Part shown: positions 1 through 9,050 of the stretch, piece by piece | Layout: every line of letters begins with the position of its first letter | Numbering within the stretch: the first letter of the stretch is position 1 | DNA from: an uncultured Chloroflexia bacterium | Lineage (GTDB): Bacteria; Chloroflexota; Limnocylindria; Limnocylindrales; CSP1-4 | Reading direction: 5' to 3' | DNA: 64,000 nt | Assembly: GCA_963752475.1 (NCBI GenBank) | Contig: CAVVYR010000008.1 | Location: 352,001 to 416,000 of the forward strand | The notes under the pieces: model-generated | Database searches by the model: none | What the model was told of the DNA's origin: nothing | What the model saw: only the letters and a program-made list of their open reading frames with translations | Position numbers and translations under genes: made by a program

Positions 1-589
1 CCAAGCCATGAACCTCAGCGAGCCGGAGCTCGAGCAACTCGAATGGGCCGGCCTGCTCCACGACATCGGCAAGATCGGCATCCGCGACTCCGTCCTGCTG
101 AAGCCCGAGAAGCTCAGCCGTGAGGAGCGCATCCTCATGAACGAGCACCCCGCCAAGGGCGAGGAAATCCTCAAGGACGTCGATCAGCTCGCCGCCGAGC
201 GTCCGCTCATCCGCCACCACCACGAGTGGTACAACGGTTCCGGCTATCCCGACCGCCTCATCGGCGACGAGATCCCGCTACTGGCCCGCGTCCTCCATGT
301 CGCTGATGCCTTCGAGGCCATGACCGCGTCGCGCCCCTATCGCCCGATCCCGCTGTCCGGGGCCGAGGCCTTCGAGGAACTGGAGCGCTACGCAGGGATC
401 CAATTCGACCCCGACGTGGTGGAGGCCTTCGGCCGCACCAAGACCGCCCAGGAAGCCTCCGAGCCAATCGACGACGAGCCTGGGGAGCCCGAGCGGCAGC
501 TGACCCCGGTCCCGACGCTGGGACAGGTCGCGTCGGCCCGCGCCAAGGCTACGTCTCTGCCCACGAGCTCCGCTCCCGCCGAACCCTAG
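1..589 (+). CDS. HD-GYP domain phosphodiesterase, C-terminal part (5' truncated by window edge)
   Basis: LLHDIGK, HHEWYNGSGYP and VADAFEAMT..RPYR motifs are intact; the frame is open to the window start. Confidence 0.9.
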   Translation, partial: QAMNLSEPELEQLEWAGLLHDIGKIGIRDSVLLKPEKLSREERILMNEHPAKGEEILKDVDQLAAERPLIRHHHEWYNGSGYPDRLIGDEIPLLARVLHVADAFEAMTASRPYRPIPLSGAEAFEELERYAGIQFDPDVVEAFGRTKTAQEASEPIDDEPGEPERQLTPVPTLGQVASARAKATSLPTSSAPAEP

Positions 590-678
590 TCGGGAGCTTC
601 CGAGCACATGGCGGACCTGCCCCCGCACCTTCCACAGGCTGACCGAGCCTGCGCGACAGCTCCGGGGGAAGCTGCCTG

Positions 679-2658
679 ATGCTCTTCGTCGCCGTCATCC
701 TGGGGCTCGGCGCCGGCCTCCTGGTCGGCGGCCGCCTCAGCAATCTGCTGTCCGCTCAGCTTCGTTTCGGCGGGCTGATCGTCGGCGGCCTGATCCTCCG
801 CGTCGCAACCCAGTGGGGCCTGGACCAGGGCATCGACATCATCGAGTTCCTGCGCGCCCCGCTCTTCGCCGCTTCGTTCGGCTTGCTAGTCGTGGCCCTT
901 TGGCTCAACCGCGGGCAACCGGGTCTGCTGCTGGCGATGGTTGGCATCGGCGCCAACGGCGTGGCAGTCATGATCAACGGCGGCCACATGCCGGTGTGGA
1001 TGCCGGCGGTGGAACTGGCGGGCCTCAGCAGCGCAGACCTCAACCCCGCCTTCCACGTCCTCCTGCCCGATGAGTTGAACGTCGAGTTCCTGCTCATGGC
1101 AGGACCCTTCGGCGACATCGTCCCCATCGCCATCCCCTTCCTCTCCAACGTGATCAGCCTCGGCGACGTCATGCTCGCCGCCGGCGTGGGCTGGTTCCTG
1201 TTCTCGGCCGTCGCTCGTGGCTCGACCGACCCGGACGAGGGCGTGGTCTCCCTCTGGAGCGCCCGGCCGGAGGCCGAGGTCCGAGCCGCCATCTACACCG
1301 ACCGCGCCGGCATCCAGCGGCCCATCGTCGGCGGCTCCAGCATGGGCACCGGCCTTCGCCCGTCGGCGACATCCGGCGCGGAGGCAGCCCTCCCACCCAC
1401 CGACAAGACCGCCGCCGAGCGCATCCGCGAGCACCCATACGTCCGGCTCGCGCGCGACGCCCGCTTCTCCGCGTTCTGGCTGGCCGGCACCATCAGCGTC
1501 TTCGGTGATCGCCTCCACCAGATCGCGCTCGGCGTGATGGTCCTGGCCCTGACGGGCTCGGCCATGCAGACGGGCTTCGTCTTCCTTGCCGCCACGCTGC
1601 CGAACCTGCTGCTCGGCCCCATCGCCGGAACGTTCGTCGACCGCTGGGACCAGAAGCGCGTGTTGGTCGTCAGCGATCTCCTGCGCGCCGGGCTCGTTCT
1701 GGCCCTCCCCTTCGTCGTGGAGATCAACGTCTGGCTGGTCTACCCGGTGGTCTTCATCGTGACCACGGTCAGCATCTTCTTCCGCCCGGCCAAGACGGCG
1801 ATCCTGCCACGCATCGTCCGGCGCGAGGACCTGACGCCGGCCAACGGTGCCATCTGGACGGGCGAGACCCTCGCCGACATCGCGGGCTACCCGCTGGCCG
1901 GCGTGATCGTGGCCTCGCTCGGCCAGAACTTCGCGCTCGCCTTCTGGATCGACTCATTCACCTACATCGTCAGCGCCGTCCTGCTCGTGGGCCTCTCCAT
2001 CCCGCCGGCGGCGCGTGCGGTCGGCCCTCGTGTCTCGGGCGCCGTGGCCGCGTTCGTAGAGGAACTGCGTGAGGGCTGGCACTTCCTGCGCGGCGAGGTG
2101 ACACTCTTCCAGAACACCCTCGTGAGCGTGTTCGCGCAGCTGTCGGTCGGCGCCACGCTCTCACTGATGGTCGTCTATGCCGAGCGCACGCTGTCGGGCG
2201 AGATCATCCCATACCCCGAGAGCTACGCCGTCATCGAGGCAGCCATCGGGATCGGAAACCTGGCAGGCGGCTTCGTCGTCGGCGCCATCGGCGCTCGGCT
2301 ACGCAAGGGCTGGCTGGTCATCAGCGGCTTCGCGGTCATGGGCGTCGCCACCATCGTCCTCGGTCTGACCTCGAACGAACTGCTGGCCGTGGGCGCCGCG
2401 GTGGTCATCGGCATCTTCAACCTGGTCTACGTGATCCCTAGCCAGACGCTCTTCGCCGAGCGCACGCCCGAGGGCATGTTGGGCCGCGTCGTGGCCATCC
2501 GCTCGAGCATCGTGATGGGTGCGCTGACGGGCGCGATGGCCGTCGCTTCCGGCCTGGCCGACACCATCGATGCGGGCGTCATCATCGCCTTCACCGGCGT
2601 GCTCACCGTCCTCGCGGCGGTCGTCGCCGCATGGCTGCCGGCGGTGCGTGACGCCTGA
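679..2658 (+). CDS. DUF5317-like membrane domain fused to an MFS transporter (MFS_3/DHA3-like)
   Basis: N-terminal ~180 aa carry GANGVAVMINGGHMPV, FGDIV and ISLGDV (DUF5317 pattern); after a linker comes a multi-TM MFS with motif-A-like GTFVDRWDQKRVL. Confidence 0.8.
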   Translation: MLFVAVILGLGAGLLVGGRLSNLLSAQLRFGGLIVGGLILRVATQWGLDQGIDIIEFLRAPLFAASFGLLVVALWLNRGQPGLLLAMVGIGANGVAVMINGGHMPVWMPAVELAGLSSADLNPAFHVLLPDELNVEFLLMAGPFGDIVPIAIPFLSNVISLGDVMLAAGVGWFLFSAVARGSTDPDEGVVSLWSARPEAEVRAAIYTDRAGIQRPIVGGSSMGTGLRPSATSGAEAALPPTDKTAAERIREHPYVRLARDARFSAFWLAGTISVFGDRLHQIALGVMVLALTGSAMQTGFVFLAATLPNLLLGPIAGTFVDRWDQKRVLVVSDLLRAGLVLALPFVVEINVWLVYPVVFIVTTVSIFFRPAKTAILPRIVRREDLTPANGAIWTGETLADIAGYPLAGVIVASLGQNFALAFWIDSFTYIVSAVLLVGLSIPPAARAVGPRVSGAVAAFVEELREGWHFLRGEVTLFQNTLVSVFAQLSVGATLSLMVVYAERTLSGEIIPYPESYAVIEAAIGIGNLAGGFVVGAIGARLRKGWLVISGFAVMGVATIVLGLTSNELLAVGAAVVIGIFNLVYVIPSQTLFAERTPEGMLGRVVAIRSSIVMGALTGAMAVASGLADTIDAGVIIAFTGVLTVLAAVVAAWLPAVRDA

Positions 2659-2726
2659 CCCGGCACGCTTCCCCGCTCCCCGCGATAATCGACGGAACGC
2701 GAACGCCCCAGGGAGAGCTCCGCTAG

Positions 2727-3622
2727 ATGACCGACCAGAACAAGCCTGAAGACGCGATACCCGAAGAGGAGATGCCCGAGGAGTCTGTCGACGAGTCCGC
2801 TGAGGCCGAAGAGCCGGCGGAGGATGTCGTCGAGGAGCCGACTGAAGAGGCCGCGGCTGAAGAGGCCCCAGCCCAGACCGAGCCCGTGGCCGGGGCGACG
2901 ACCGCGGCTGCGTCGTCGACATCGACGAGCGGCCCGGAGGAACCTCCGTTCATCGATGATCAGGTCAGCAAGTGGTGGATCGGCATCATCATCGCGGTAT
3001 TCGCGCTGATCTTCGTCGTGGTCGTCCTGTTTGGCCGCGGTGGCTTCCTCGCGGACGTCTTCGAGTCGGACGACCCCACGCCTGAACCGACCATCGAGGC
3101 CACAGCGGAGCCGGAACCGACCGACGCGGAGGAGAGCACCGAACCGGTCGACGCCACCATCGAACCCTCCGAGGCGCCGAGCGAGGAGCCATCGGAAGAG
3201 CCGACGCCCGAGCCGACCGAGGAGCCCGCACCGGAGCCGACGCCCGAGCCCACGCCCGAGCCGACGCCCGAGCCCACGCCCGAGCCCACGCCGGAGCCGA
3301 CCGAGGAGCCCACGCCCGAGCCGACCGAGGAGCCGACCCGGAGCCGACCGAGGAGCCCACGCCGGAGCCGACACCGGAGCCGACGCCCGAGCCCACGCCC
3401 GAGCCGACGCCCGAGCCGACACCGGAGCCCACGCCCGAGCCGACGGAGGAACCGAGCATCGGACCATGCCCGACGATCGACCCTGAGGCCAGCCTCGACC
3501 CTGACGCGAGCGCCGACCCCGAGGCCACGGATGAGCCCGAGGTCCCGTGCTACACCGCAGAACCGTCCGAGGAGCCGGAAGTGTCCGAGGAGCCGGGGCT
3601 CACGGCCGAGCCGGCTGACTGA
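2727..3622 (+). CDS. Acidic single-TM protein with Pro/Thr/Glu (PTPE) repeats; frameshifted near 3337
   Basis: Acidic N-terminus, TM WWIGIIIAVFALIFVVVVLF, then EPTP repeats; one base is missing at about 3337-3340 and the repeats resume in another frame ending ...GPCPTID...VPCYTAEP...AEPAD* (TGA 3620-3622). Confidence 0.75.
3190..3455 (+). repeat. Coding tandem repeat of 12-nt units (gagccsacgccs) encoding EPTP/EPTE
   Basis: Directly visible, roughly 20 degenerate units. Confidence 0.9.
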
Positions 3623-3631
3623 CGTCATGGG

Positions 3632-4321
3632 GTGACCGACGGCTCTCCGCAGCACCAGGATCGCTACGCTGCTGCGCGCGCGGCCATGGTTCGCGACCAG
3701 CTTGAGTCACGTGGTATCCGAGACCGACCCACGCTGGCGGCGATGTCGGTGGTTCCACGGGAGGCCTTCGTGCGCGAGGAGCGTACGATCGATGCCTATG
3801 CCGACAGCCCACTGACCATCGGCCACGGCCAGACCATCTCGCAGCCATACATGGTCGCGCGGATGACGGCCGCCGTCGGGCTGGAGGATGCCGGCTGGCC
3901 TTGGGAGCGCACACGCCCATCGGTTCTGGACGTCGGCACCGGCTCCGGCTACCAAGCCGCGGTCCTGGCCGAGACGGGCGCTCGGGTGACTTCGATCGAG
4001 CGCGATCCCGACCTTGCGGCCTGGGCTCGCCGGAACCTCGCGAGGGCCGGCTACGACGTCGAGGTGCTCATCGGTGATGGCAGCGTCGGCTATCCGGCCC
4101 ACGCACCCTATGCCGCCATCGTCGTGGGCGCGGGTGCGCCCGCCATCCCTGAACCGCTGAAGGATCAGCTGGCCGAGGGCGGGCGGCTGGCGATCCCGGT
4201 CGGCGACCGCCGCTCGCAACGCTTGATGGTCGTCCGGCGGCAAGGTCGAGCTTTCGAGGAACGTGCGGTGGATCGATGCGTCTTCGTGCCGCTCGTCGGC
4301 GCTCACGGCCACGCCGGCTGA
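3632..4321 (+). CDS. pcm: Protein-L-isoaspartate O-methyltransferase
   Basis: VPREAFV, IGHGQTISQPYMVARM, VLDVGTGSGYQAA, QLAEGGRL and FVPLVG motifs. Confidence 0.95.
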   Translation: MTDGSPQHQDRYAAARAAMVRDQLESRGIRDRPTLAAMSVVPREAFVREERTIDAYADSPLTIGHGQTISQPYMVARMTAAVGLEDAGWPWERTRPSVLDVGTGSGYQAAVLAETGARVTSIERDPDLAAWARRNLARAGYDVEVLIGDGSVGYPAHAPYAAIVVGAGAPAIPEPLKDQLAEGGRLAIPVGDRRSQRLMVVRRQGRAFEERAVDRCVFVPLVGAHGHAG

Positions 4322-4355
4322 AACCGGTGATGGCCCGGTGCTATCCTCGCCCGCG

Positions 4356-5426
4356 ATGACACACGTCTTCGTAGCCCCCCATCCGGACGATGTCGCACTC
4401 TCGTGCGGCGGCCTCGTCTCCAGCCTGCGCGAGCTCGGCCAGTCGGTGACGATCCTGACGGTCTACTCCGGTGGACCCGGCGACTTCGACCTCGCGGACT
4501 ACCAGCGTGAAGCCGTGGGCTTCGGCACCAAGACCCTGCACCCCGCGACCCAGGCCTTCAACCGCAGCAACATCGGTTCCGAGTACCCGGTGTCCACGGC
4601 CACCGGCACCGGCGCCCCGTGGGAGGCGGACCCCTCCCGGATCGACGCGACACAGGAACGAGCCAATACACAGGCCCGCCAGTTCTGGCAGCGAGCGGCC
4701 TGGTCTCGCAGCGCCAACGTCACCAACGACGCGCACGAGGACCGCCCCCTGCGCGACGACCTGCCCACGCACGGGACGCTCGAGCGCTTCGAGCTCGCAA
4801 GGGCTGATGCAACGACGCTACGCAAGGCGGAGGACGAGCGCTGGGCCTACTTCATCGAAGCCGCACTCGTGGACCTGGATCTGCCCGATGCGGTCCATCG
4901 CGGTTACGGCAGTGACGACGAGTTGCTGGGCCCGCCCCGCGCCGAGGACGAGATCCCGGTCGACATCCTGCGCCGCGAGATCCTGCGCCTGGAGCCACAG
5001 CAGGTCTACTTCCCGCTCGGGGTCGGCGGCCACGTCGACCATCGCCTCTGCCGCGATGCCGGCTTGGCGCTCCTGGAGGACGAGGCCTCCTGGGTCATGC
5101 CGGCCGGCGGGTTCGCCGGTCGCCTCTCCTTCTACGAGGACTTCCCGTACGCCTGGTGGAGTGGCTTCTCCGGCCCGTCCGACCTCGCCGGACAGGACAT
5201 CGATGTCCCTCGTGGGTTGGCTCTCGAGGCACGTTACGCCGACATCAGCGACCAACTCGAGCGCAAGGGCGCTGGACTGAAGATGTACGCGCGTGAGGTG
5301 GAGCGCCTGTTCGACAGCGAGCAGGGCATGCTCGATGCGGTCGCTGGCTACGCTGCGCGCGTAGCCGACAGCGGCGGGCTCGGCACCGGTGCTGCCGAGC
5401 GGTACTGGAGCGTCGTCCGCTCCTAG
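4356..5426 (+). CDS. PIG-L/LmbE family deacetylase with a large internal insertion
   Basis: APHPDD, GGHVDH and YEDFPY motifs; ATG at 4356 lies 8 nt after TATCCT (probably leaderless). Confidence 0.85.
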   Translation: MTHVFVAPHPDDVALSCGGLVSSLRELGQSVTILTVYSGGPGDFDLADYQREAVGFGTKTLHPATQAFNRSNIGSEYPVSTATGTGAPWEADPSRIDATQERANTQARQFWQRAAWSRSANVTNDAHEDRPLRDDLPTHGTLERFELARADATTLRKAEDERWAYFIEAALVDLDLPDAVHRGYGSDDELLGPPRAEDEIPVDILRREILRLEPQQVYFPLGVGGHVDHRLCRDAGLALLEDEASWVMPAGGFAGRLSFYEDFPYAWWSGFSGPSDLAGQDIDVPRGLALEARYADISDQLERKGAGLKMYAREVERLFDSEQGMLDAVAGYAARVADSGGLGTGAAERYWSVVRS

Positions 5427-5450
5427 CTGGCACCAACGACGCCGCCTGGG

Positions 5451-6283
5451 TCAGGCCGTGTCCGAGGTCTCCGCGGCAGGTGTCCCCGCACGAGTGTTGC
5501 GGTGGATGATGGGGATCCTGAGCAGGTCCCACAGCACGCTCAGACCGAGGCGCAACCGGACACGCATGCGTGAGCCGTGGATGTCCTCCCACATCACCGG
5601 CACGATGGCGTACTCGTAGCCCAGCCGACGCATGAGGTAGATGACTTCAGCGTCGAAGACGATGCCGTCGGTCTTGAGCCGGCTGAAGATGTCGTCGCCC
5701 GGCCGTTTGCCTCGAAGCCCTTGAAACCGCACTGGGTATCTGGCACGTCGCCGGTGACCCAGGCGCCGGCGAGCGCGCGATAGATGCGACCGAGCACACG
5801 CCGATACGTCGGCTGCGTCGCTCGTCGATCCGATCCGTCGGGCTGGATGCGGCTGCCGAGGGCGACGTCCGCGGTCGCGAGAGCCTCCGTCAGCAACGGG
5901 ATCTGGTCGGGCGGGGTGGCCATGTCGGCGTCGGTGAAGATGACCAGGTCGCCCTCGGCCGCCAGCACGCCCGCTGTCACCGCTGCGCCCTTGCCGGCGT
6001 GGCGGCGGCGAAGGACGCGCAGCTTCGGTGGCGTGCCATCAGGGCTCGGCTGCGCTTCTGGACGAGCCTCCACGATGTCGACCGTGTCATCGCTCGAGCC
6101 ATCGTCGACGACGAGCACGTCCCACTGGCCGATCTCAGCCGAAGAACGTCCGCTGCTGCGCGCAGGGCCGCCGCGCCGCAACCAACCGAAGAGTTCGTCG
6201 AGGGCAGGGCCGATCCGCTCGGCCTCGTTGTAGGCCGGCACCACGATCGTCAGGCAGGGCTTGCCATGGGCTTCGGTCGTCAC
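5451..6283 (-). CDS. GT2 polyprenol-phosphate glycosyltransferase (DPM1/Alg5-like); frameshifted near 5710
   Basis: VVPAYNE, VVDDGSSD, GKGAAV, FTDADMAT and DTQCGFKGF in one frame; the C-terminus (FDAEVIYL..VPVMWED..GSR) is in the adjacent frame. Confidence 0.85.
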
Positions 6284-6517
6284 TCGCGCAGGCTACAGGG
6301 TGCCGTCCATGGTTGCGGATGGCTCCATGGTCCCATCGTGACCCCACCAAGCCGCACTCGACTGACCCTGAAGAGCCCCGTTCGATGACCCATTCGTACC
6401 ACCGAGCGACGCAGGCGCGCGTTGCTAGGGTGGATCGCACATGGTCATTCCTACCTCGTTGCCCAAGGTTGCCTCGGTCCCCGCGTGCCCCGGGCATGGC
6501 GAAGAGGGTCGAGTGAC

Positions 6518-8164
6518 ATGAGGTGGCTCATCCCGCTTGGGCTGTACGTCTTGGCCCTGGGCATCCGGCTCATCGCCGCCAGCGAGATCGCCTTCCCTGT
6601 CGCCGAACCGAGTGCCTACTACGTAGGCGTCGCACAGAACCTGGTGAGCGGCCACGGCCTCGTCAGTGATGCGGTCTGGAGCTACGCCACGCCTCGGCTG
6701 CAGGTGCCTGATCCGGCCTTCGACCTGTGGCTGCCGATGAGCACGTTCGTCTCGGCCGGCGCCATGGCTGTCCTGGGCGGCACCTTCTGGGCCGCACAGG
6801 TCGGCGGCGCGTTGCTGGGTGCGTTCGTGGCGCCCTTGGCTTGGGCCATCGGTCGCGAGGCTGCCAACGCGCAGGGACTCCGTGCCCGACGCGGTCGCGC
6901 GGTGGCCGTCACCTCCGGGCTGTTGGCAGCCGTGCTCAGTCCACTCGTGCTGGGCTCCGTCGTGCCCGACTCCTACATCCCATTCACCGTCTTCGTGCTG
7001 CTGGGTGCGCTCCTGGTGCCGCGCGTCATCGGAGCACGAGACGGCCACGACGACGTCATGCCGCCGAGTATCGTCGCCGCTCTCGGGCTGGGCCTCGCCA
7101 TGGGCCTGGCCTACCTCTCCCGTCAGGAGGTCATCTGGCTCGGGCTGGCGGTATTGCTGATGCAGGGCATGGTCCTGAAGTGGCGTCCCACGGGCGCTCG
7201 CCTGCGGGAGGCAACACAGCGACTCTGGCCGGTCTTCGTCGGTGGGCTGCTGGTGGTCGTGCCATGGCTGGCCCGCAACTGGGTCGAGTTGGGTTCGCCG
7301 CTGCCGGGGCAGGTAGTCGACAACATGGTCCTCGTCAGGAACGAGGACATCTTTGCCTTCGCCGAGCACCCCAGCTTCTCGACCTATCTGGCGCAGGGTG
7401 CCGGTACGGTGCTCATGAACCCTATCGAGGCAGCGCTCGACGGCATCATCAACGTCATCGTGTTGCCGCCCTTCCCGGTAGGCGTCGCCGGGATCATCGC
7501 GCTCATGGGCATGTGGCGAGCACCGTTCCTGCGGCGCCCGACGGCTCTCATGGCCGTGCTCATCAGTGGCGTCCTGACCTTCCTGACCACGGTCCTGCTG
7601 TTCCCGGTGGCGACGCTGTGGGGCACCTTCATGCATGCCTCGGGGCCACTGCTCGTCGGGCTCGCGGTCATCGCCGCGGTCGGAGGCGACGCACTACTGG
7701 CGCGCATCTCGGCCATCCGCGAGTGGGAGAAGCCGAACATCATCGTAGCCCCCATCGCGCTGGTTTCGACAGCCTTGCTCATGACGGCCTTCCAGATCAC
7801 CGTCCTTGGGCCACAGTCCAGAGATGACCAGGCTCGACTGCAGGCCGTAGCGGCATCGCTGGAGGACGCCTTGGGCAGGGACCATGAGCCGCGCACGTTC
7901 ATCACCGACCATCCGATGTGGCTGGCCGAAGTCACGGACGACTACGCCATCGTCCTGCCTGATGAGGATCTCGCGTCGGTGCGAGATCTGGCTTCGGTCT
8001 TCCAGGCTCCGCACGTCGTGGTCATCGACCGACACGGGCGATATCCAGAGGCGCTGCTGGCCGACGAAGCGCGCTCGTGCCTGGCGGCCGATCCGACCCT
8101 CCTCGAGACACCGGGGCCGGATGTCTGGCTGTTCGAGCTGGCACCGGATTGTCAGATCCCATGA
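6518..8164 (+). CDS. GT-C fold multi-TM glycosyltransferase (ArnT/PMT-like)
   Basis: About 12 TM segments, N-terminal loop EPSAYYVGVAQNLVSGHGL, YLSRQE and PWLARNW motifs, and a C-terminal soluble domain. Confidence 0.7.
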   Translation: MRWLIPLGLYVLALGIRLIAASEIAFPVAEPSAYYVGVAQNLVSGHGLVSDAVWSYATPRLQVPDPAFDLWLPMSTFVSAGAMAVLGGTFWAAQVGGALLGAFVAPLAWAIGREAANAQGLRARRGRAVAVTSGLLAAVLSPLVLGSVVPDSYIPFTVFVLLGALLVPRVIGARDGHDDVMPPSIVAALGLGLAMGLAYLSRQEVIWLGLAVLLMQGMVLKWRPTGARLREATQRLWPVFVGGLLVVVPWLARNWVELGSPLPGQVVDNMVLVRNEDIFAFAEHPSFSTYLAQGAGTVLMNPIEAALDGIINVIVLPPFPVGVAGIIALMGMWRAPFLRRPTALMAVLISGVLTFLTTVLLFPVATLWGTFMHASGPLLVGLAVIAAVGGDALLARISAIREWEKPNIIVAPIALVSTALLMTAFQITVLGPQSRDDQARLQAVAASLEDALGRDHEPRTFITDHPMWLAEVTDDYAIVLPDEDLASVRDLASVFQAPHVVVIDRHGRYPEALLADEARSCLAADPTLLETPGPDVWLFELAPDCQIP

Positions 8165-8303
8165 GCGCGCGACCGGGTGCGACCAGCCACAGCGCCTATA
8201 CTCCGAGCCACAGGGACGGCGCCATGTCGCGCGTATGGCGACAGCAAGTATCAACAGGCCCGACGCTACGGCTCGAGCCTCACTCCAGGGAGAGGAGCGT
8301 GGA

Positions 8304-9050
8304 ATGACTCCGGGCGAGTACACAGGACCTGAACGACGCCGTGGTGGCCCCGACCGGCGAGAGCCGGGCGCACGGGTCAAGATCCTGCTCGTCGATGATC
8401 ACGCCCTCTTCCGCGTGGGCATGCGACAGATCCTCGACGCGGAGACCGACTTCGACGTCGTGGCTGAAGCCGACGATTCACGCAGCGCCATCGACGCTGC
8501 CGGGGCCCATACGCCGGACATCGTGCTGCTGGACCTCTCGCTGCCGGCGCCGGGTGGCATCGAGACCACGCAGCGCGTGAAGCGGGAGGTGCCCAGTGCG
8601 GGCATCATCGCCCTGGCCACCACCGAGGACGAGGACATGCTCTTCGAGGCCATCAAGGCTGGCGCGGCCGCGTTCCTGCTCAAGGACATCGGCCCCGAGG
8701 ACCTCGTCACCATCATCCGCCGCGTCAACGCTGGCGAGTACCTCATCAACGACAAGGTCTTCGCTCGCCCGTCGGTCGCCAACCGCGTGCTCAAGGAGTT
8801 CCGCGAGCTCGCGGTGTACGGCCAGGAGGCCGCACCCATCTTCGCTCCGCTCTCCCCGCGTGAAGTGGAGATCCTCGACAACATCGCCAAGGGCATGACC
8901 AACAAGCAGGTCGCCTACGCGCTGTCCATCAGCGAGCAGACGGTCAAGAACCACATGAGCTCCATCCTCCGAAAGCTCTCTGTGAATGACCGCACGCAGG
9001 CGGTGGTCTACGCCATGAAGCAGGGCTGGATCAGGATCCCCGAGGATTGA
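8304..9050 (+). CDS. NarL/DegU-family response regulator
   Basis: REC domain (LVDDH, LLDLSLP, LLKD) plus LuxR HTH (LSPREVEIL..GMTNKQVA..ISEQTVKNHMSSILRKL); GAGGAG RBS; alternative start at 8235. Confidence 0.93.
   Translation: MTPGEYTGPERRRGGPDRREPGARVKILLVDDHALFRVGMRQILDAETDFDVVAEADDSRSAIDAAGAHTPDIVLLDLSLPAPGGIETTQRVKREVPSAGIIALATTEDEDMLFEAIKAGAAAFLLKDIGPEDLVTIIRRVNAGEYLINDKVFARPSVANRVLKEFRELAVYGQEAAPIFAPLSPREVEILDNIAKGMTNKQVAYALSISEQTVKNHMSSILRKLSVNDRTQAVVYAMKQGWIRIPED

Noticed and set aside
3190-3455. Dense repeat array considered as a CRISPR or non-coding repeat
   Set aside because: The units are 12-nt codon repeats with no unique spacers, encode EPTP, and no cas genes are present
3337-3635. 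Arg/Ser/Pro-rich C-terminus of ORF 2727-3635 as a real basic domain
   Set aside because: It is the out-of-frame reading of the PTPE repeat after a 1-nt loss
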